The notes under the pieces are model-generated. The model saw only the letters and a program-made list of their open reading frames with translations. It was not told where the DNA came from and made no database searches. From assembly GCA_964291495.2 (NCBI GenBank), contig OZ219872.1, forward strand, positions 512,001 through 576,000: a stretch of DNA of 64,000 nucleotides. The letters run 5' to 3'. Made by a program: the position numbers and the translations under genes. The first letter of the stretch is position 1, and each line of letters starts with the position of its first letter. Shown piece after piece: positions 27,409 to 36,957 of the stretch. The stretch comes from Dehalococcoidia bacterium (lineage in GTDB: Bacteria > Chloroflexota > Dehalococcoidia > UBA2979).

Positions 27409-28254
27409 ATGCAGGAGTTCGAGGGCCGCGTGGCCGTCGTCACCGGCGCGGCAAGCGGCGTCGGGCGCGGGCTCGCCCAACGCTTCGCCGAGGAGGGCAT
27501 GCGCGTCGTGCTCGCCGATGTCGAGCGCGACGCCCTCGAAGCGGCCACGGGCGAGCTGCGCGGCACGGGAGCGGAGCTGCTCGCTGTCGAGACCGACGTC
27601 TCGAGCGCGGAGAGCGTCGACGCCCTCGCAGACCGCGCGTACGAGGCGTTCGGCGCGGTCCACGTGGTGTGCAACAACGCCGGAGTCGGCGGGGGCCGGG
27701 GCGCGACGCAGGACACCACCGTCGCCGACTGGGGGTGGATCCTCGGCGTGAACCTCTGGGGCGTGATCCACGGCGTGCGCTCGTTCGTTCCGAGGATGCT
27801 CGACGGTGGCGAGGAGGGCCACGTCGTCAACACCTCCTCGGGAGCGGGGCTGGCCGCGACGCCGTTCAACACGGTCTACGGCACGAGCAAGGCGGGCGTG
27901 GTGGCGCTGACCGAGTCGCTGCACCTCGAACTGGAGCTGCGCGGCGCGCCCGTGCGCGCCTCGGTGCTCTGTCCCGGCCTGATCCGGACGAACATCCTCG
28001 ACGCCGAGCGCAACCGGCCGGAGGCGCTGCGCAACCCCGGCGAGCCGCCGCCCGAGGGCCGGGCTCGCGCCCGCCTGCGCGAGGCGATGGCCAGCAGCGG
28101 GACGCCGCCCGCCGCGGTCGCCGCGCAGGTCGTCGAGGCGATCCGCGATCAGCGCTTCTGGATCCTGACGCACGATGATATTGATCCGTGGGTGCGGCAG
28201 CGGGCCGAGAACATCCTGGCCCGCACGAACCCGAGCGCCAGCCTCGGCGGCTGA
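27409..28254 (+). CDS. Short-chain dehydrogenase/reductase (tandem paralog)
   Basis: TGAASGVG, NNAG and YGTSK motifs. Confidence 0.93.
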   Translation: MQEFEGRVAVVTGAASGVGRGLAQRFAEEGMRVVLADVERDALEAATGELRGTGAELLAVETDVSSAESVDALADRAYEAFGAVHVVCNNAGVGGGRGATQDTTVADWGWILGVNLWGVIHGVRSFVPRMLDGGEEGHVVNTSSGAGLAATPFNTVYGTSKAGVVALTESLHLELELRGAPVRASVLCPGLIRTNILDAERNRPEALRNPGEPPPEGRARARLREAMASSGTPPAAVAAQVVEAIRDQRFWILTHDDIDPWVRQRAENILARTNPSASLGG

Positions 28255-28297
28255 GCGCAGGCTCACGAGGAAACGGACGCGACGAGGGAGGCGGCCT

Positions 28298-29164
28298 GTG
28301 GAGCTGGGAGCGGGGTTCCCGCAGCGCGCGATCGGCAGCGACAGCGTGGCGTTGCGCGACTACGTGCAGGGTGTCGAGCAGCTCGGCTACGCGCACATCC
28401 GCGCCGCCGACCACGTGCTCGGCGCCGACGCGTCGCAGTACGAGCTGGAGGGGCCGTACACGCACCACGCGATCTTCCGCGAGCCGCTCGTGATGTTCGG
28501 CTACGCCGCCGCCGTCACCTCCAGCATCAAGCTCGTCACCAGCGTGCTGATCCTCTCGCAGCGCCAGACCGCGCTCGTCGCCAAGCAGGCGGCCGAGGTC
28601 GACCTGCTCTCCGGCGGGCGGTTCGAGCTGGGCATCGGCAGCGGCTGGAACGAGGTCGAGTACGAGGCGCTGGGCGTCGACTTCGCGACGCGCGGCTCGC
28701 GCATCGAGGAACAGATCGGGCTGCTGCGCCGGCTCTGGGAGGAGCCCCTCGTCACCTTCGAGGGCGAGCACCACGCCGTCCGCGACGCCGGCATCAACCC
28801 GCTGCCCGGGCGGCGCATCCCGATCTGGATGGGCGGCTACGCGCGCGTGATGATGGAGCGCACGGGCCGCCTCGGCGACGGCTGGCTCGTGCCGCCGCGT
28901 TTCCACAGTCCCGAGGGCTTCCTGCCGCGCCGCGATCGCGTGCTCGCCGCCGCCGAGCAGGCCGGCCGCGACCCCTCGGAGATCGGCTTCAACCTGAGCG
29001 TCAGCACGAAGGGCAAGGACCTGGACGAGCAGCTGCGCCGCGCCGAGCTGTGGCGCGGGATGGGCGCGACGCGCTTCACCGTCAGCACCAACACCTCCGG
29101 CATGGCGACGGTGGGCGAGCACCTCGAGGCGCTGCGCGCCTTCATCGAGGCGTACCCGGGGTAG
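28298..29164 (+). CDS. LLM-class, probably F420-dependent, oxidoreductase
   Basis: DHVLG, EPLVMFGY and KQAAEVDLLSGGRFELGIGSGWNEVEY motifs. Confidence 0.9.
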   Translation: MELGAGFPQRAIGSDSVALRDYVQGVEQLGYAHIRAADHVLGADASQYELEGPYTHHAIFREPLVMFGYAAAVTSSIKLVTSVLILSQRQTALVAKQAAEVDLLSGGRFELGIGSGWNEVEYEALGVDFATRGSRIEEQIGLLRRLWEEPLVTFEGEHHAVRDAGINPLPGRRIPIWMGGYARVMMERTGRLGDGWLVPPRFHSPEGFLPRRDRVLAAAEQAGRDPSEIGFNLSVSTKGKDLDEQLRRAELWRGMGATRFTVSTNTSGMATVGEHLEALRAFIEAYPG

Positions 29165-29171
29165 GTGGCCC

Positions 29172-29756
29172 GTGAAGATCTACACGCGCACCGGCGACGA
29201 GGGCGACACCGGGCTGTTCGGCGGGCCGCGCGTGCCCAAGGACGACGCCCGCGTCGAGGCCTACGGCGCCGTCGACGAGCTGAACGCCGTCCTGGGCGTC
29301 GCCGCCGCGGGCCTCGACAGCGAGGCCTCACCGGACCTCGCGGAGATGCTGCACGAGATCCAGTCGACGCTGTTCGACCTCGGCGGCGAGCTGGCCACGC
29401 CGGACGCGCGCGAGCGCGCGGCGAGCGGCAAGCTCACGCCCCTGCTCGCCGAGGGGTCGAGCGAGCGCCTCGAGGGCTGGATCGACGCGCTGGAGGAGGA
29501 GCTGGAGCCGCTGACGCAGTTCATCCTGCCGGGCGGCGCGCCGGTGGCCGCCGCACTGCACCACGCGCGCACGGTCTGCCGCCGCGCCGAGCGGCGCGCG
29601 GTCTCGCTGGCGGCCTTGGAGGAGGTGGCGGGCGAGCTGCTGGTCTACCTCAACCGGCTCTCGGACTTCCTGTTCGTCGCGGCCCGCGCCGTCAACCGCC
29701 GCGAGGGCGTCGAGGAGCCGCGCTGGGCCTCGCCGCGCGGGGCTGGGGAGAGTTGA
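29172..29756 (+). CDS. pduO: ATP:cob(I)alamin adenosyltransferase, PduO type
   Basis: KIYTRTGDEGDT, YGAVDELN, RTVCRRAER and YLNRLSD motifs. Confidence 0.93.
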   Translation: MKIYTRTGDEGDTGLFGGPRVPKDDARVEAYGAVDELNAVLGVAAAGLDSEASPDLAEMLHEIQSTLFDLGGELATPDARERAASGKLTPLLAEGSSERLEGWIDALEEELEPLTQFILPGGAPVAAALHHARTVCRRAERRAVSLAALEEVAGELLVYLNRLSDFLFVAARAVNRREGVEEPRWASPRGAGES

Positions 29757-29768
29757 CGGCCTCGGGCG

Positions 29769-30845
29769 TTACGCGGTGGCGGCGACGGGAGCGAGCGCCA
29801 TGGCGGCCTCGCGCAGCAACTCGACGGTCTCGTCCCAGCCGATGCAGGCATCGGTGATCGAGACGCCGTAACGGAGCGTGCTCGCGTCGTCGCCGAGCGA
29901 CTGGTTGCCCTCGTTGAGATGACTCTCGAGCATCAGGCCGATGATGCCGCCGTTGCCCGCCGCGCGTTGCGCGATGACGTCGCGGAATGCGATCGACTGG
30001 CGCCGGTGGTCCTTGCTGGAGTTGGCATGGCTGCAGTCGACGAGCACGGTCGGCTGGAGGCCGGCGGCCTCGAGCCGCTCGTGCGTCGCGCGCACGGACT
30101 CCGCGTCGAAGTTCGGTCCGTCGCTGCCGCCGCGCAGCACGATGTGCCCGAAGGGGTTGCCGCTCGTCTGCACCGTGCAGGTCCGACCCTCGCGGTCGAT
30201 ACCCAGAAACGCGTGCGGCTCGCGCGCCGAGAGCAGCCCGTTTACGGCGACCTCGATGTTGCCGTCGGTGCTGTTCTTGAAGCCGACCGGCATGCTCAGA
30301 CCGCTTGCCATCTGGCGGTGCGTCTGGCTCTCCGTCGTACGCGCGCCGATCCCGACCCAGGAGATCAGGTCGGCGAGGTACTGCGGCGCGATCGGGTCCA
30401 GGAACTCCGTACCCGCCGGCAGCCCGAGGCCGCCGATCTCGATCAGCAACTGGCGCGCCCGCCGCAGGCCGGCGTCGATGTTGAACGAGCCATCGAGGTC
30501 CGGGTCGTAGATCAGGCCCTTCCAGCCGACGGTCGTGCGCGGCTTCTCGAAGTAGACCCGCATCACCACCAGCACGCGGTCCTCGATCTCACGAGCGAGA
30601 GCCGCGAGGCGCCGCGCGTACTCGATCGCCGAGCGCTCGTCGTGAATCGAGCAGGGCCCGGCGACGAACAGCATCCGGTCGTCCTTGCCGGACAGGATCT
30701 CCTCGATCTCGCGGCGGCCCCGCACCACGGTCTCCAGCACATCCGGCGGAATCGGCAGCTCGGTCTCGAACTCGGCCGGCGTCGGCAGCGGGATCGTGTC
30801 GACGACGTGGAGGTCGGAGACGGGGCGGTCGAGGTAGTCGGCCAT
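29769..30845 (-). CDS. DAHP synthase, class I-alpha (AroF/G/H type)
   Basis: GPCSIHD, RVYFEKPRT, IGARTTESQ and DCSHAN motifs. Confidence 0.95.
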   Translation of the reverse strand: MADYLDRPVSDLHVVDTIPLPTPAEFETELPIPPDVLETVVRGRREIEEILSGKDDRMLFVAGPCSIHDERSAIEYARRLAALAREIEDRVLVVMRVYFEKPRTTVGWKGLIYDPDLDGSFNIDAGLRRARQLLIEIGGLGLPAGTEFLDPIAPQYLADLISWVGIGARTTESQTHRQMASGLSMPVGFKNSTDGNIEVAVNGLLSAREPHAFLGIDREGRTCTVQTSGNPFGHIVLRGGSDGPNFDAESVRATHERLEAAGLQPTVLVDCSHANSSKDHRRQSIAFRDVIAQRAAGNGGIIGLMLESHLNEGNQSLGDDASTLRYGVSITDACIGWDETVELLREAAMALAPVAATA

Positions 30846-31099
30846 GGCGTCCTCCCGGGACGGGTACGTGTCAGCGCGGTGCGCCGTGTTGCCTCAAGTG
30901 GCCGGGCGGCCGGACCGTCCGCGAGGGTGCCCGCGAACCTGGGGAGCCGTCGGCGCGAATAATCGTAGCATCGCGATCGTTCTGCCGATAGCGCGTGCTA
31001 TGTCAATCGGCGTGAACTTCGTCCGCCCTCGCGCCCCGTCGCCGCGGCGCGCTACCCTGCGCGCGGCGCATACGCAGCGCCGCACGAGAGGCAGGCCCG

Positions 31100-32416
31100 A
31101 TGGCGGATGACGGCGCCTTCGCGCTCCACGTCCCGGTGCACTATCGGCGGCTCGGCAACGGGCTGCGTGTCGTCGTCTCGCCCGACGACTCGGCGCCGAT
31201 CGTGGCCGTCGCCGTCTACTACGAGGTCGGCTTCCGGCTCGAGCCGCGCGGGCGCTCCGGATTCGCTCACCTCTTCGAGCACCTGATGTTCCAGGGCTCC
31301 GGCCAGCTCGCGAAGATGGAGCTCGTCCAGCTCGTGCAGCAGAACGGCGGCGTCCTCAACGGCACCACCCGCACCGACTACACCAACTACTTCGAGGTGC
31401 TGCCGAAGTCCGCGCTGGAGCTCGCGCTCTGGCTGGAGGCGGACCGCATGCGCGGTCCGCGCATCACCCAGGAGGAGCTCGACAACCAGCGCGACGTGGT
31501 CAAGAACGAGGTGCGCGTCAACGTGCTCAACCGTCCCTACGGCGGCTTCCCCTGGATCGACATGTGCGAGCGCGCCTTCCACAACTGGCACAACTCCCAC
31601 AACGGCTACGGCGAGTTCGAGGACCTCGACGCCGCCAGCCTCGACGACGTGTGGGCCTTCTTCGGCGACTACTACTCGCCCCGGAACGCCGTGCTCGTGA
31701 TCGTCGGCGACGTGGATACGGAGGAGGCATTCGCGCTGGCCGAGCGGCACTTCGGCTCGATCGAGGGCGCGCCGGCCCCGCCGCCGCCGGACCTCGGCGA
31801 GCCGCGGCAGGAGGCCGCGCAGGCCTTCACGAAGCCCGACCCGCTCGCCAGCCAGCCGGCGCTCGCCTTCGCCTACCACACGCCCGAGCGCGACACGACC
31901 GAGTTCCTCGCGATGGGCGTGCTGCACCAGCTGCTCGCGGGGGGCGACGACTCGCTGCTGCATCGCGAGCTGGTCAGCCGCCGTGGCTATAGCGGGCAGG
32001 TCGACGGGGGCATCAACTTCCTCGGCAACATGTTCAGCGCGCGCACGCCGCTGCTCTGGACCTGCTCACTGATCCACGACGCGGAGGCCCCGCCGGAGAC
32101 AATCCTCGAGGCCGCCGAGGGGGTGATCGCGCCCCTGCGCGAGACGGCGATCGACGCCGAGGCGTTCGAGCTCGCCCTCGTGAAGGCGCGCTCCGGCCTC
32201 TACTCCACGGTCGGCGGCGGGATGTTCCCGGCGATCGGACTCGCCGACCTGCTGGCCTCGTTCACGCTCTTCGACGACGACCCGGAGCGCGTCAACCGCC
32301 TGGAGGCGGAGCTGCGCGCGCTCAGCCCGGAGTTGGTCCTCGAAACGGCGCGCGAGTACCTGCGCCCCGAGGCGCGCACCGTGATCGCCGTCGAGCCGGG
32401 AGCGGGCGCGCCATGA
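31100..32416 (+). CDS. M16 family zinc peptidase, catalytic subunit
   Basis: GFAHLFEHLMF (HxxEH) motif. Confidence 0.92.
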   Translation: MADDGAFALHVPVHYRRLGNGLRVVVSPDDSAPIVAVAVYYEVGFRLEPRGRSGFAHLFEHLMFQGSGQLAKMELVQLVQQNGGVLNGTTRTDYTNYFEVLPKSALELALWLEADRMRGPRITQEELDNQRDVVKNEVRVNVLNRPYGGFPWIDMCERAFHNWHNSHNGYGEFEDLDAASLDDVWAFFGDYYSPRNAVLVIVGDVDTEEAFALAERHFGSIEGAPAPPPPDLGEPRQEAAQAFTKPDPLASQPALAFAYHTPERDTTEFLAMGVLHQLLAGGDDSLLHRELVSRRGYSGQVDGGINFLGNMFSARTPLLWTCSLIHDAEAPPETILEAAEGVIAPLRETAIDAEAFELALVKARSGLYSTVGGGMFPAIGLADLLASFTLFDDDPERVNRLEAELRALSPELVLETAREYLRPEARTVIAVEPGAGAP

Positions 32417-33729
32417 GCGCGCGACCGTCCGCGGGCGCACCGGCCGCGTTCCGCCTGCCGGAGCGCACCGAGCTGACGCTCGGCAACGGCCTGCGCGCCA
32501 CCCTCGTGCAGTACGGCGCCGTGCCGAAGGCGTCCCTGCGGCTGTCCCTGCGCGCCGGCGGCCTCAACGAGCGCGAGGGCGCCTCGGGACTCGCGGTGCT
32601 CGCCTCGCGCTACCTCAAGGAGGGCGCGGGCGACCTCGACGCGGGCGAGCTGGCGGCGCGCATCGCCCGCTGCGGCGGGCTGCTCGACACGCACAGCGGC
32701 GACGACATCACGACACTCGACGTGCAGGTGCTGTCCGAGTCCACGCCCGAGGCGCTGCGGCTGCTCGGCGAGGTCGCCACCCGTCCGCGCCTGCCGGAGG
32801 GCGAGCTGGAGCGGCTGCGCGCCGAGCTGCTCCGCGAGCTGGCCGTCGCCTCGACACAGCCCGACGTGCTCGCGCTGGAGCGCTTCCACACCGCGCTGTA
32901 CGGGAACCACCCCTACGCCCGCGTGCTGCCCGCGCGGGAGGACGTGGAGGCGCTCGGCATCGAGGACGTGCGCGGCTTCGCCGGCGAGGAGTTCGGCGCG
33001 GCGCGGGCGCACGTCTACGTCGCGGGCCGCTTCGACCTCGATGCGACCGAGCAGGCGCTGCGCGAGGCCTTCGAGGGCTGGAACGCCGGACCGGAGCCGC
33101 TGATCGCGCCGCCCTCGCCGACCAGCGAGCGCGCGATCTACCTCGTGGACCGCCCCGGCGCGGAGCAGTCGACGATCCGCCTGGGGCTGCCGGCGCCCGA
33201 CCCCTCGCACGAGGACTACCTGCCGCTCACGGTGGTCGATACGCTGCTCGGCGGCGCGTTTATGTCGCGCATCACCCTGAACCTGCGAGAGGACAAGGGC
33301 TACACCTACTCGCCGCGCAGCACCATCGCCGTGCACTACCGCGACGCCTACTGGATGCACGCCTCGGACGTGACGACGGCGCACACCGGCGACTCGCTGC
33401 ACGAGATCTTCGCCGAGATCGACCGCCTGCGCGCCGAGCCGCCCTCGGCCGAGGAGCTCGAGGGCGTCCAGCGCTTCATGGCCGGCGGGATGCTGGTGCG
33501 CAACGCGACGCCCGCCGGCCTGCTCGGGCAGCTCGGCTTCCTCGACTTCCACGAGCTGGGCGCGAGCTACGCCGAGCAGTACGTCGATCGCGTCCATGCC
33601 GTCACGCCGCAGCAGGTCAGCGATCTCGCGACGGCGTACCTGCGCCCGGAGAAGATGACGATCGCGATCGGCGGGGACGCCTCGGTGATCGGCGAGCAAA
33701 TCGCCCCGTATGGTGCTATCACTACGTAG
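32413..33729 (+). CDS. M16 family peptidase, non-catalytic subunit
   Basis: Lacks HxxEH; has SRITLNLREDKGYTY; overlaps the upstream gene. Confidence 0.9.
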   Translation: MSARPSAGAPAAFRLPERTELTLGNGLRATLVQYGAVPKASLRLSLRAGGLNEREGASGLAVLASRYLKEGAGDLDAGELAARIARCGGLLDTHSGDDITTLDVQVLSESTPEALRLLGEVATRPRLPEGELERLRAELLRELAVASTQPDVLALERFHTALYGNHPYARVLPAREDVEALGIEDVRGFAGEEFGAARAHVYVAGRFDLDATEQALREAFEGWNAGPEPLIAPPSPTSERAIYLVDRPGAEQSTIRLGLPAPDPSHEDYLPLTVVDTLLGGAFMSRITLNLREDKGYTYSPRSTIAVHYRDAYWMHASDVTTAHTGDSLHEIFAEIDRLRAEPPSAEELEGVQRFMAGGMLVRNATPAGLLGQLGFLDFHELGASYAEQYVDRVHAVTPQQVSDLATAYLRPEKMTIAIGGDASVIGEQIAPYGAITT

Positions 33730-34481
33730 TGAGGGACCGATCCGTGTCGAACACCAACAGCCGCGCGCCGCAGATCGCCGACTTCGATCCGACGCTGCGG
33801 GTCAAGCGAAAGCCCTACCACGAGCGGCTGCAGGAGCTGCAGCTCGAGCTGCTGCACCTGCAGGTGCGGATGCGCGACGACGAGAACGCAGCGGCCGCGA
33901 TCATCTTCGAGGGCGTCGACGCGGGCGGCAAAGGCGGCACGATCGCGCGCCTCGCGGGACACCTCGATCCGCGCGGGGTGCGCGTCCACGGGATCGGCGC
34001 GCCGACATCGCTGGAGCTGCTGGGGCACTACCTGCAGCGCTTCCACGCGCGCATGCCGCGGCGCGGGCGGATCGCCGTCTTCGATCGCTCCTGGTACGGG
34101 CGCGTGCTGGTCGAGCGCGTCGAGGGCTTCACGCCGCGATCGGACTGGGAGCGCGGCTACCGCGAGATCAGCGAGTTCGAGCGCCAGTACCACGACGGCG
34201 GAACGGTCATCATCAAGTTCTGGATGCACATCTCCAGGGAGGAGCAGCTGCGCCGCTTCGAGCAGCGCGGCTCGGACCCGTTCAAGCGCTACAAGCTGAC
34301 CGCGGACGACTGGCGCAACCGCGATGCGTGGGACCTCTACATGCACGCGGCGGACGAGATGTTCGAGCGTACCCACACCGAGATCGCGCCCTGGGTGCTC
34401 GTCAGCGCCGAGCAGAAGCGCTACGCCCGCCTCGTCGTCCTCAGCACGGTGGTCGACCGGCTCCGCGAGGCGTTCGGGTAG
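33729..34481 (+). CDS. ppk2: Polyphosphate kinase 2 family protein
   Basis: FEGVDAGGKGG, FDRSWY and YKLTADDW motifs. Confidence 0.92.
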   Translation: MRDRSVSNTNSRAPQIADFDPTLRVKRKPYHERLQELQLELLHLQVRMRDDENAAAAIIFEGVDAGGKGGTIARLAGHLDPRGVRVHGIGAPTSLELLGHYLQRFHARMPRRGRIAVFDRSWYGRVLVERVEGFTPRSDWERGYREISEFERQYHDGGTVIIKFWMHISREEQLRRFEQRGSDPFKRYKLTADDWRNRDAWDLYMHAADEMFERTHTEIAPWVLVSAEQKRYARLVVLSTVVDRLREAFG

Positions 34482-34505
34482 CCAGCGGGACGCCCGCCAC
34501 GGCGC

Positions 34506-34871
34506 CTATTCGCGGACCAGCTCCCGGACCCCGGCCAGCGTCGCCTCGGCGCGCATCCAGCCGTCGAGCTGTCCGGCGGTCTCCTCGGACGGGTCGAGGA
34601 TGGCGCTGATACGGTTCGCGAACGGGGACCCCTCGGCGTAGATCCAGACCAGGTCCTCCTGGTATCCGGGCAGCTCCGCCGGGAAGTGCGCGAGACCCTG
34701 CCAGTGGAGCCGTCTCCCGATCCCCGCCCGGACCTGACGACCCAGCTTCTGCCTCCCGTAGGCGTTCCGCAGGTCGCGCATCGACGTCTTCCAGACACCC
34801 CCGCAGCTCTCGACGCGGCTCGCAAGCTGTTCCCAGAAGTCAACGTCCATCTCGCTCTTCCCCCGGCTCAT
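34506..34871 (-). CDS. Hypothetical protein
   Basis: 121-aa ORF with protein-like composition and a TATGAT -10 upstream. Confidence 0.65.
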   Translation of the reverse strand: MSRGKSEMDVDFWEQLASRVESCGGVWKTSMRDLRNAYGRQKLGRQVRAGIGRRLHWQGLAHFPAELPGYQEDLVWIYAEGSPFANRISAILDPSEETAGQLDGWMRAEATLAGVRELVRE

Positions 34872-34919
34872 GGCGCCTATTCACGAACATCATAGGCGCA
34901 CCTCGAGGCTGTCCATGAG

Positions 34920-35132
34920 GAGACCTTTGCGAAACTCCCACAAGCCCGATCCGCCCCCTCTCCCGGGGGAGAGGGCGGGGGTGAGGGGGAAGACTCCCGA
35001 GCGCCCCGAAACCCCCGATGGCGCAACGCAATCCTGGAGGTGGACCCTCCCTCACCCTAACCCTCTCCCCCGGGGAGAGGGGACCGGAGGGATGCGCTCA
35101 CTGCCCCGAGGAGAGGGTTACGCCAAGGTCTC
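34920..35132. mobile_element. MITE-like element with GAGACCTT(T)GCG...CGCCAAGGTCTC ends and internal REP-like palindromes
   Basis: Imperfect terminal inverted repeats; homologous copy at 42470-42764. Confidence 0.7.
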
Positions 35133-35172
35133 CTGCGGCGGAGGGCGTTGGCGTGGCGAGGGCAGGCGGCGC

Positions 35173-36087
35173 TCAGTCTCGCGCGGCTTCGCCTCCCGGC
35201 CGGCGGGGCGCGAGCGTCGCCGCGCCCTCGCGGGACTCGACGTACTCCCAGAGGGGCCAGGCGCCGCGCAGGCCGACGTCGTCGCCGCCGCTCGCGGGCA
35301 CCACCTGCGAGGGGTCGAGCAGCTGCGCGCTGTGCAGCTCGCCGAGCCGCTCGCGCAGCGGATCGAGCAGCAACGCGCCCGCCGAGGCGACCCCGCCGCC
35401 GATCACCACGCGCTCCGGCATGTAGGCCTCGATCGCGTTCGCGACGCCGACGGCGATCGCCGCCGCGATCTCGCGGAGCCAGCCGAGCGCTGCGGCGTCC
35501 CCCGCCTGCGCGCGTTTGGTGACCTCGGCGCCGCTCAGCCCGGAGAGCCGCTCGAGGGCGGGACCGGCCGCCAGCGATTCGAGGGTGCGCAGCTCGCGGT
35601 AGTCGATCGTCGACTGGCCGATCTCGGCCAGCGAGCGCTTGCCGTGCAGCAGTTGCCCGCCGATCACCACGCCGCCGCCGATACCGGTGCTGATCGTGAG
35701 GTAGACCATGTCGTCCGTCCCGCGGCCCGCGCCGTAGCGGTGCTCGCCGACGGCGGCGAGATCGGCGTCGTTGACGAGGACGGCGGGCAGGCCGCAGGCG
35801 TCGGCGAGGGGCTGCGCGGCGACGTGCCCCTCCCAGGCCAGCAGGTTGGGCATGCGCTCCGCGACGCCGTGTTCGTAGTCCACCACGGCCGGCACGCCGA
35901 CGACGGCGCCGCGCAGCGCCTCGCGCGCCTCGATCGCGACCTCGCGCATCAGGCGGGGCAGCGCGTCCGGATCGCCGGGCGGCGTCGGCCGCACCGAGCG
36001 GGCAACAATCCCGCCCTCGGGCGTGACGACGGCGACGCGCAGGTTCGTGCCGCCGAGATCGACGCCGAGGACCGCCTCGCGGGGCAT
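35173..36087 (-). CDS. ROK family sugar kinase (glucokinase-like)
   Basis: GVDLGGT, NDADLAAVGE and ISTGIGGG motifs. Confidence 0.9.
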   Translation of the reverse strand: MPREAVLGVDLGGTNLRVAVVTPEGGIVARSVRPTPPGDPDALPRLMREVAIEAREALRGAVVGVPAVVDYEHGVAERMPNLLAWEGHVAAQPLADACGLPAVLVNDADLAAVGEHRYGAGRGTDDMVYLTISTGIGGGVVIGGQLLHGKRSLAEIGQSTIDYRELRTLESLAAGPALERLSGLSGAEVTKRAQAGDAAALGWLREIAAAIAVGVANAIEAYMPERVVIGGGVASAGALLLDPLRERLGELHSAQLLDPSQVVPASGGDDVGLRGAWPLWEYVESREGAATLAPRRPGGEAARD

Positions 36088-36957
36088 CTAGGCCTCGCGC
36101 ACGGCGTGGCCGCCGAACTCGTTGCGCAGCGCGGCCAGCAGCCGCAGCGCGAAGGTGTGCTCGCCGCGCGAGGCGAAGCGCGCCCACAGCGAGCCCGCGA
36201 TCACGTCCACCGGCACGCCGCGCTCGACGCCCGCGATGACGGTCCAGCGGCCCTCGCCGGAGTCCTCGACGTAGGGCTGGATGCGGCTCAACTCGGGGTC
36301 GCCGGCCAGCGCGCGCTCGGCCAGCTCGAGCAGCCACGAGCGCACCACGGAGCCCTGCTGCCACAGCCCGGCGATCTCCGCGAGATCCAGCTCCTCGTCG
36401 TAGGCGTCGAGCAGCTCGAAGCCCTCGGCGTAGGCCTGCATCAGCCCGTACTCGATGCCGTTGTGCACCATCTTCACGTAGTGCCCCGCCCCGCTGGGGC
36501 CGAGGTGCGCGTAGCCGCCCTCGAGGGCGAGCGCCGCGAACAGCGGCTCGGCGTCCGTGAACGCGTCCGCTGCGCCGCCGACCATCAGGCAGTAGCCGTG
36601 ATCGAGGCCCCAGACGCCGCCGGAGACGCCGCAATCGAGGAAGCGCAGCCCGCGCTCGGCGGCCTGGCCGGCGCGGCGGATCGAGTCCGTGTAGCGGCTG
36701 TTGCCGCCCTCGATGATCAGGTCGCCCGCCGAGAGCAGGCCGAGCAGCTCCTGGAACGCGCTCTCCGTCGCCTCTCCCGCCGGGAGCATCAGCCAGACGG
36801 TGCGTGGCGGGTCGAGCGCGCCGACCATCGCCGCGAGCGAGTTGGCGTCCCGCAGGTCGGCGTCGAGGTCGTAGCCGACGACCTCGTGCCCGGCGCGGCG
36901 GAGGCGTTCGCGGATGCCGCCGCCCATGCGCCCGAGGCCGGCGAGGCCGATCTTCAC
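36088..36957 (-). CDS. gnd: Decarboxylating 6-phosphogluconate dehydrogenase (short form)
   Basis: GLGRMG, GHYVKMVHNGIEYG and LRNEFGGH motifs. Confidence 0.95.
   Translation of the reverse strand: MKIGLAGLGRMGGGIRERLRRAGHEVVGYDLDADLRDANSLAAMVGALDPPRTVWLMLPAGEATESAFQELLGLLSAGDLIIEGGNSRYTDSIRRAGQAAERGLRFLDCGVSGGVWGLDHGYCLMVGGAADAFTDAEPLFAALALEGGYAHLGPSGAGHYVKMVHNGIEYGLMQAYAEGFELLDAYDEELDLAEIAGLWQQGSVVRSWLLELAERALAGDPELSRIQPYVEDSGEGRWTVIAGVERGVPVDVIAGSLWARFASRGEHTFALRLLAALRNEFGGHAVREA

Noticed and set aside
30894-31011. Possible aromatic-amino-acid leader peptide (MLRLFAPT...) and weak palindrome upstream of DAHP synthase
   Set aside because: Only one Phe, no Trp or Tyr, and no convincing terminator; more likely plain promoter DNA.
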